64,000 bases of DNA from Candidatus Latescibacterota bacterium. GTDB taxonomy: Bacteria; Latescibacterota; UBA2968; UBA8231. Shown here in pieces: positions 59,582 through 64,000 of this stretch; the first letter of the stretch is position 1; every line of letters begins with the position of its first letter. The translations under genes and the position numbers were made by a program. The DNA lies in NCBI GenBank assembly GCA_965223905.1, contig CBDCXV010000009.1, positions 832,001 to 896,000 of the forward strand, in the 5' to 3' direction. The notes beneath the pieces are model-generated. The model was not told the origin of the DNA. It did not search any database and saw nothing but the letters and a program-made list of their open reading frames with translations.

Positions 59582-61831
59582 CTACCCGCTGGCGGCGGCC
59601 TCCCACAGCTGTCTTGACCGCATATCTACCCACTCACAGTGCAGATCCAAACGGATCTCCTCACTGCCCGACGGCACAAGAAAACGCGTCAATTCCATCG
59701 GTATGGGGAAATACAAGCCACCAGACAACGACTGGAGCCGGCGATCCAGCTCCAAGGCTCCCTCGGCGCGCAAAACGCCGCCGATGTCTACGCCCACTAT
59801 CTCGTCCAGCCGAATGTCGTATTGGAACTGAGCACTCACACCATCCGATGCAACGAACGTCACCCTGTTTCCCGTCCACACAACGCCATGCGTTTCGCAA
59901 TCCAGGACGAGATCCCCATACGCGTCAAACGCCCACCCAGGCAACCTAATGTAGTGCCCCCCTAGGTTGGTCCGATCATCCTCATCGACGATCAGCAGCA
60001 AACGATGCGGGTTCTTCGCGTCCATCTGTGTCGCTTCTTGGTTAGCCACATTGAGCACCGCAACATCCTGCTGTGTCACGACTTGGCGCTGCCCGCCTTT
60101 TCGGACCACCCCGATGTCGTCCTTCACCAGCACCCATAGCTCTGAACGACGCCTCGCGAACAACTCCAGGTTGAGCGCACCGTCGCCAAAAAATCTCGGA
60201 CTCCATTTCTTCAACGCTGGCCCGATGTACTCACGACAGAATATGGAGATCAGCGAGTAGACTAGGTCGTTTAGACCCAAGTCCTTCAGCTTGGTGACTT
60301 CCGCATGGCGAACATCTACGATTACATCGACCCGGCCGTGCCCACCCTTCTCCTTAACGAAACTAGGTATGTCCTCCGTGAGCCTGCCTGCGATGAGGTC
60401 GAAATCCCTGATCTCGTACGAGCGCATGATGTTCCGTTCGACCTCGGAGAGAAACACTCTTTCGAATATCGTCAGATCATCGTACACCTCAGCACAGTCC
60501 ACGACGCCATCGAACGCCTTCCCCCCGCAGTACTGCTCAAGATAGCTCCGCTCCGCCGCCTGGCGATGTCTGTCTGCCGACAGCTGCACCACAATGTGCC
60601 CCTGCGCCTGCATTACCTGACTCAGCGCCTGCTTCCTGGCCGTTCCGTAGAAGACGGACACGCCACCGGCGCTAGCTCGGCGCCTGACATCCCCGAGCGT
60701 CGCTTCCGTTCCATCGGCCAGCCGAACTGCCACGTTCGTCATCTTATCGATCAACCCGCGCCGGCTGATGTACTGGAAAATCCTGGTGTGTTGGGCGATT
60801 CGATCCGGCGATTCCAGAACCACATCGACGGCCACCTCCTCCAGCAGCGCAGTCAACTGGCCGAGCAGGCCCATAGTCTCCGAGTCCAGCGAGTCACGCC
60901 CTGCGGTCGGCACGAATAGATCGCAATCTAACCTGCCCGACACGCCAATCGTTGTAGGAACCTGTGTCGCGCAGAGCTTGAACCCTCGCTTGAATGCGTC
61001 TAGCGGACCTGCTTCGAATCGCAGTCGACCCTTCATCGACGTTTTGGCCCCTCGCCACACGAGTTCCTCTATAGAGGCAACCAGGGTGTGGCCACGATCC
61101 TCCCACAGTCTTCCGAAAACGACTGCTTCGCCGCTCTGCCATCGACGGACGGTCTCTCCGATCTGAACCAGGTTGTCCTGTTCTTCCAGCGCCTCGAACC
61201 GCCCGCGCGAGATACACTCCCCATTGAAGCGGACGTCAATGGGCACATATCGAACGAAGTCCCGCAAGTAGGCCTTTAGTTCCTCGACGTTGGGCGGACT
61301 ATTCAGTTCGCCCACGACCAGCGTACCGCGCGGGTCCGCGTCGTTCGAATCGACAATGGTCACCTTGGGAATCGCGGTCCCTGCGCGTCGGATGTCCTCG
61401 GCCGACAGCGAGGTAGCCGTCCCTGTCGTAGACGTGCTGTCCTTCGACGTCACAACCAAACGGTCGCAAACACCGAAATTGGCGAATCCCCCAATTCCGA
61501 ACATTCCGACGCAGCCTGCTTCCCTTGCCTCGTCGCCCCGTTTTCCGCTCGAGCCGATCGTCCAGAAAAAACCCTGCAGGTCCTTTTTTGACATGCCGAT
61601 CCCGTTGTCGCGCACGCTCACGCTTTCTCTATCGACGTGAATGTCGATCATGTACTCCAACTCGCCCGCATCTCTGTCATCGCGCAGAGCCTGGATCCGC
61701 ACAGCGTCTATCGCGTTCTGGACGTTCTCCCGCAAGAACGCATGCGGCGTCTCGTAGATCTGTTTGGAAATCGCGCGCAAGACACTGTCGAACTCGATCC
61801 CAATCTCGAACGATGATGTACCGCTACTCAC
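59582..61831 (-). CDS. HSP90-like GHKL ATPase with unknown C-terminal region
   Basis: FLRENVQNAIDA, VRDNGIGM, IGSSGK, GMFGIGG. Confidence 0.85.
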   Translation of the reverse strand: MSSGTSSFEIGIEFDSVLRAISKQIYETPHAFLRENVQNAIDAVRIQALRDDRDAGELEYMIDIHVDRESVSVRDNGIGMSKKDLQGFFWTIGSSGKRGDEAREAGCVGMFGIGGFANFGVCDRLVVTSKDSTSTTGTATSLSAEDIRRAGTAIPKVTIVDSNDADPRGTLVVGELNSPPNVEELKAYLRDFVRYVPIDVRFNGECISRGRFEALEEQDNLVQIGETVRRWQSGEAVVFGRLWEDRGHTLVASIEELVWRGAKTSMKGRLRFEAGPLDAFKRGFKLCATQVPTTIGVSGRLDCDLFVPTAGRDSLDSETMGLLGQLTALLEEVAVDVVLESPDRIAQHTRIFQYISRRGLIDKMTNVAVRLADGTEATLGDVRRRASAGGVSVFYGTARKQALSQVMQAQGHIVVQLSADRHRQAAERSYLEQYCGGKAFDGVVDCAEVYDDLTIFERVFLSEVERNIMRSYEIRDFDLIAGRLTEDIPSFVKEKGGHGRVDVIVDVRHAEVTKLKDLGLNDLVYSLISIFCREYIGPALKKWSPRFFGDGALNLELFARRRSELWVLVKDDIGVVRKGGQRQVVTQQDVAVLNVANQEATQMDAKNPHRLLLIVDEDDRTNLGGHYIRLPGWAFDAYGDLVLDCETHGVVWTGNRVTFVASDGVSAQFQYDIRLDEIVGVDIGGVLRAEGALELDRRLQSLSGGLYFPIPMELTRFLVPSGSEEIRLDLHCEWVDMRSRQLWEAAASG

Positions 61832-63605
61832 CTTGGTCCCCTCGCGCCTGTCGGATCAGCCAATCTCGAAAGCTCCTATCTCCACTCGCCTGTACTATCC
61901 TCATGCCAGTCTCCACAAACGCTTGAGACTGGTCGGGAAACCGCCGCATGCCATCTCCAATCACTGTCTTGGCCTCTTCGTGCCTCCCCACTTCCGCCAT
62001 CAGCGTCGCAAGCGCTCCACAATCGCCGGGCTCCGCTTGATCGGATTCCATCGCTTCCCGGTACAACTCGACGGCCCGGGTTTTGTCGCTCTCCTCCGTC
62101 GACCGCGCCAAGCAAAGCGCTAGGATCCGAGCCACTCTTACCCTCGACGCACCTTCACTCACGTCGATCGTCCGCTCCGCCAGATCCTGTGCGCCATCCC
62201 AGTCGTCCATAGCCACCAGATCCACTAACAGGTCCACTGTATGCCTTAGCGGTTCGCCGTTGGCGGCCGCTTGCGGTCGCGCTCTTGCCTCGTTCTGCAT
62301 CGTCATGTAGTTCTTCACTATTGGCTGCATCTCCGCGAGACTCGCCAGCCTACGGACGAACACAGGTATTGAGTCGCCATGTGCCTCCAGAATCTCGTCC
62401 AACGGTTTGCGCCCGTACAGTAGCCTAACAACACGACCCACGCCTCTGAACTTCGCGGCCACATTCCTCAACGACTGGTCACCAATGCCGTCGATAGAGT
62501 CCCAGTTGCCAAACACGACACCACCGTCCGACATCAGTGGGACATCCGATGAGAACCCCAACAGTAAGGCCGCAAGGTAGCCTGAGAACCCGCTTGCCCC
62601 CTTGCAATATGCGTCGATTGCGTCCGCCAACTCCGCAACCGTGCAATTGCATGGTCCGTCTATCTCGTAGTTCAGACTCCTCCGCGACACGTACTCGAAA
62701 GCACTGATTTGCGGGTTGTATTGGATGAATTCTACGTCGGCTTTGCCGGCAAGCGGGTCCAGCATAATGATCGTGTATGTATTCCGAGCCACCCTTGACT
62801 CGAATGACGCGCCAGCCGTGATCGTGATACATCGACCGCCTGCCACCGCTACCTCTTTCACTTCGGGATCGTGTAGGTGGCCGCAGTGCACAAAATGACA
62901 TGCTTCCTCCATCCTATGCTGCACGGACCGCCGGTCGAAGCGTCGGAGCAGATCGAAAGGGTGATGCTGCAGACCCAACACGACATGGGGCGAGTGTCCT
63001 TTCGCCATGTCTATCGCGCTCTTCACCTGACTTTCTCCAATTACCAGCTTGCCCTCGTCGGTGGCTCCCCCTTCCGACAGCCACGACGAGTTCAGCCCCA
63101 TTATCGCGATGCGCAGATCGTCCACTTCGACCATCGAAACATAGCCAAGCCCGTCCTCTGTGTAATCTCTCTCATGTCCTTGCAGGAAACCCGCCTCAAA
63201 CGCTCGATAGTCTTCCTGTCGAAGAAGCAGGGTGTCTCTCTCGGCATCATCCGCCAAGAACCCATATACGTCGCTCTCGTTCTTCAATGCTTCCCGCGCA
63301 CCCCTGAAGCACATCTTACTTCGCTCTCGTTGTACGTCATGATTCCCTGGGACACAGAAGATCATGTTCCGAGAAACTCCTATCGACGCAACCATCTGAT
63401 CCAGGAACTCTCCAACGAGTTCGTATTCCGAGCCTTCGCCGGAGAACGCCAGATCTCCCGTCGCGACCGCGAAATCGAACTGTCCCTCCGTCGTGCCTCG
63501 ACGACGTATGTCTTCAAGCATGGCCGACAGAACGGTCTTCCGCTGCGCGTTTTCCGCTTTCCGCATGTGCAAGTCTGAAATGTGCACCCAACGTACTACA
63601 CGCAT
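61824..63605 (-). CDS. Calcineurin-like metallophosphoesterase with C-terminal TPR-like helices
   Basis: HISDLH, TGDLA, VPGNHD, HHP, GHLH; 8-bp overlap with ATPase gene. Confidence 0.88.
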   Translation of the reverse strand: MRVVRWVHISDLHMRKAENAQRKTVLSAMLEDIRRRGTTEGQFDFAVATGDLAFSGEGSEYELVGEFLDQMVASIGVSRNMIFCVPGNHDVQRERSKMCFRGAREALKNESDVYGFLADDAERDTLLLRQEDYRAFEAGFLQGHERDYTEDGLGYVSMVEVDDLRIAIMGLNSSWLSEGGATDEGKLVIGESQVKSAIDMAKGHSPHVVLGLQHHPFDLLRRFDRRSVQHRMEEACHFVHCGHLHDPEVKEVAVAGGRCITITAGASFESRVARNTYTIIMLDPLAGKADVEFIQYNPQISAFEYVSRRSLNYEIDGPCNCTVAELADAIDAYCKGASGFSGYLAALLLGFSSDVPLMSDGGVVFGNWDSIDGIGDQSLRNVAAKFRGVGRVVRLLYGRKPLDEILEAHGDSIPVFVRRLASLAEMQPIVKNYMTMQNEARARPQAAANGEPLRHTVDLLVDLVAMDDWDGAQDLAERTIDVSEGASRVRVARILALCLARSTEESDKTRAVELYREAMESDQAEPGDCGALATLMAEVGRHEEAKTVIGDGMRRFPDQSQAFVETGMRIVQASGDRSFRDWLIRQARGDQGE

Positions 63606-63808
63606 GGTTTTATTTACCTTACGGACCTACCGACTCGAATGGCCGACTCTGGCAAGCGTAGTCCCAGGGGGGCAACGGGATCGTCCGCACTCCTATCCCA
63701 GCTCCGCGACAGCGATATGATTTCCATACAGTATACGTCAAGCATTCGCTAGGGTCATCGTCCTACTCACGTTCCCCGTGTTCACGCCTTCGACATTCCT
63801 TCGGCCAC

Positions 63809-64000
63809 CTACGCCGGGTTGTCCGTCGCGAAGCTGACGCACTCGGACACCAGCTCGGGATAGGCGATCTCGATGTACTGCTGCGCGTGGTTGATCGTCG
63901 GCCACAACAGGTCGCCCTTTGCCGCCGTGATGAGCGCTATTCAGTGGGTCGGGTAGTAGCGGACCAGCATTCCAGCGCGTACGACGTCATGTACGTGATG
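63809..64000 (-). pseudogene. YaaC-like protein C-terminus (frameshift + premature stop; runs off window)
   Basis: SYAL/GMLVRYYPTH*..GDLLWPTIN. Confidence 0.45.

Noticed and set aside
1-64000. Full-length tRNA/rRNA, reverse transcriptase or cas genes
   Set aside because: None recognised by eye on either strand; tRNAscan/Infernal would be needed to exclude them formally

Overview
GC-rich bacterial DNA. It is rich in secreted FlgD-Ig, dockerin, YWTD, FN3 and ankyrin proteins, a repertoire typical of Latescibacterota/Gemmatimonadota-like, often host-associated, genomes (inference). The centre (~5.9 to ~36 kb) is an integrative mobile element that interrupts a YWTD-repeat gene. It carries a P4-type tyrosine integrase, two AlpA genes, a decayed second recombinase and a minus-strand 'early/leading' operon (DUF7007, RadC, SSB, ParB-like, small ORFs). 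It also carries two Myb/SANT-like repeat proteins, a primase + AAA_25 helicase + unknown 597-aa protein followed by 22-bp iterons, a type III R-M system and Mrr. The most striking unannotated signal is two 59-nt type III hammerhead-ribozyme-like RNAs in the early operon, each directly upstream of an RBS. They have fully covarying stem II and a shared AA insertion before GAAA. The right half holds pseudogene remnants, a hybrid kinase, duplicated and fused amidohydrolase/surface-protein modules, an IS256 remnant and a UDG-like/TerB-DnaJ/EcsC cluster. Beyond a tRNA-3'-like fragment lies a metallophosphoesterase-TPR + HSP90-like ATPase operon (candidate defence system). All calls come from motif recognition by eye; no searches were run.
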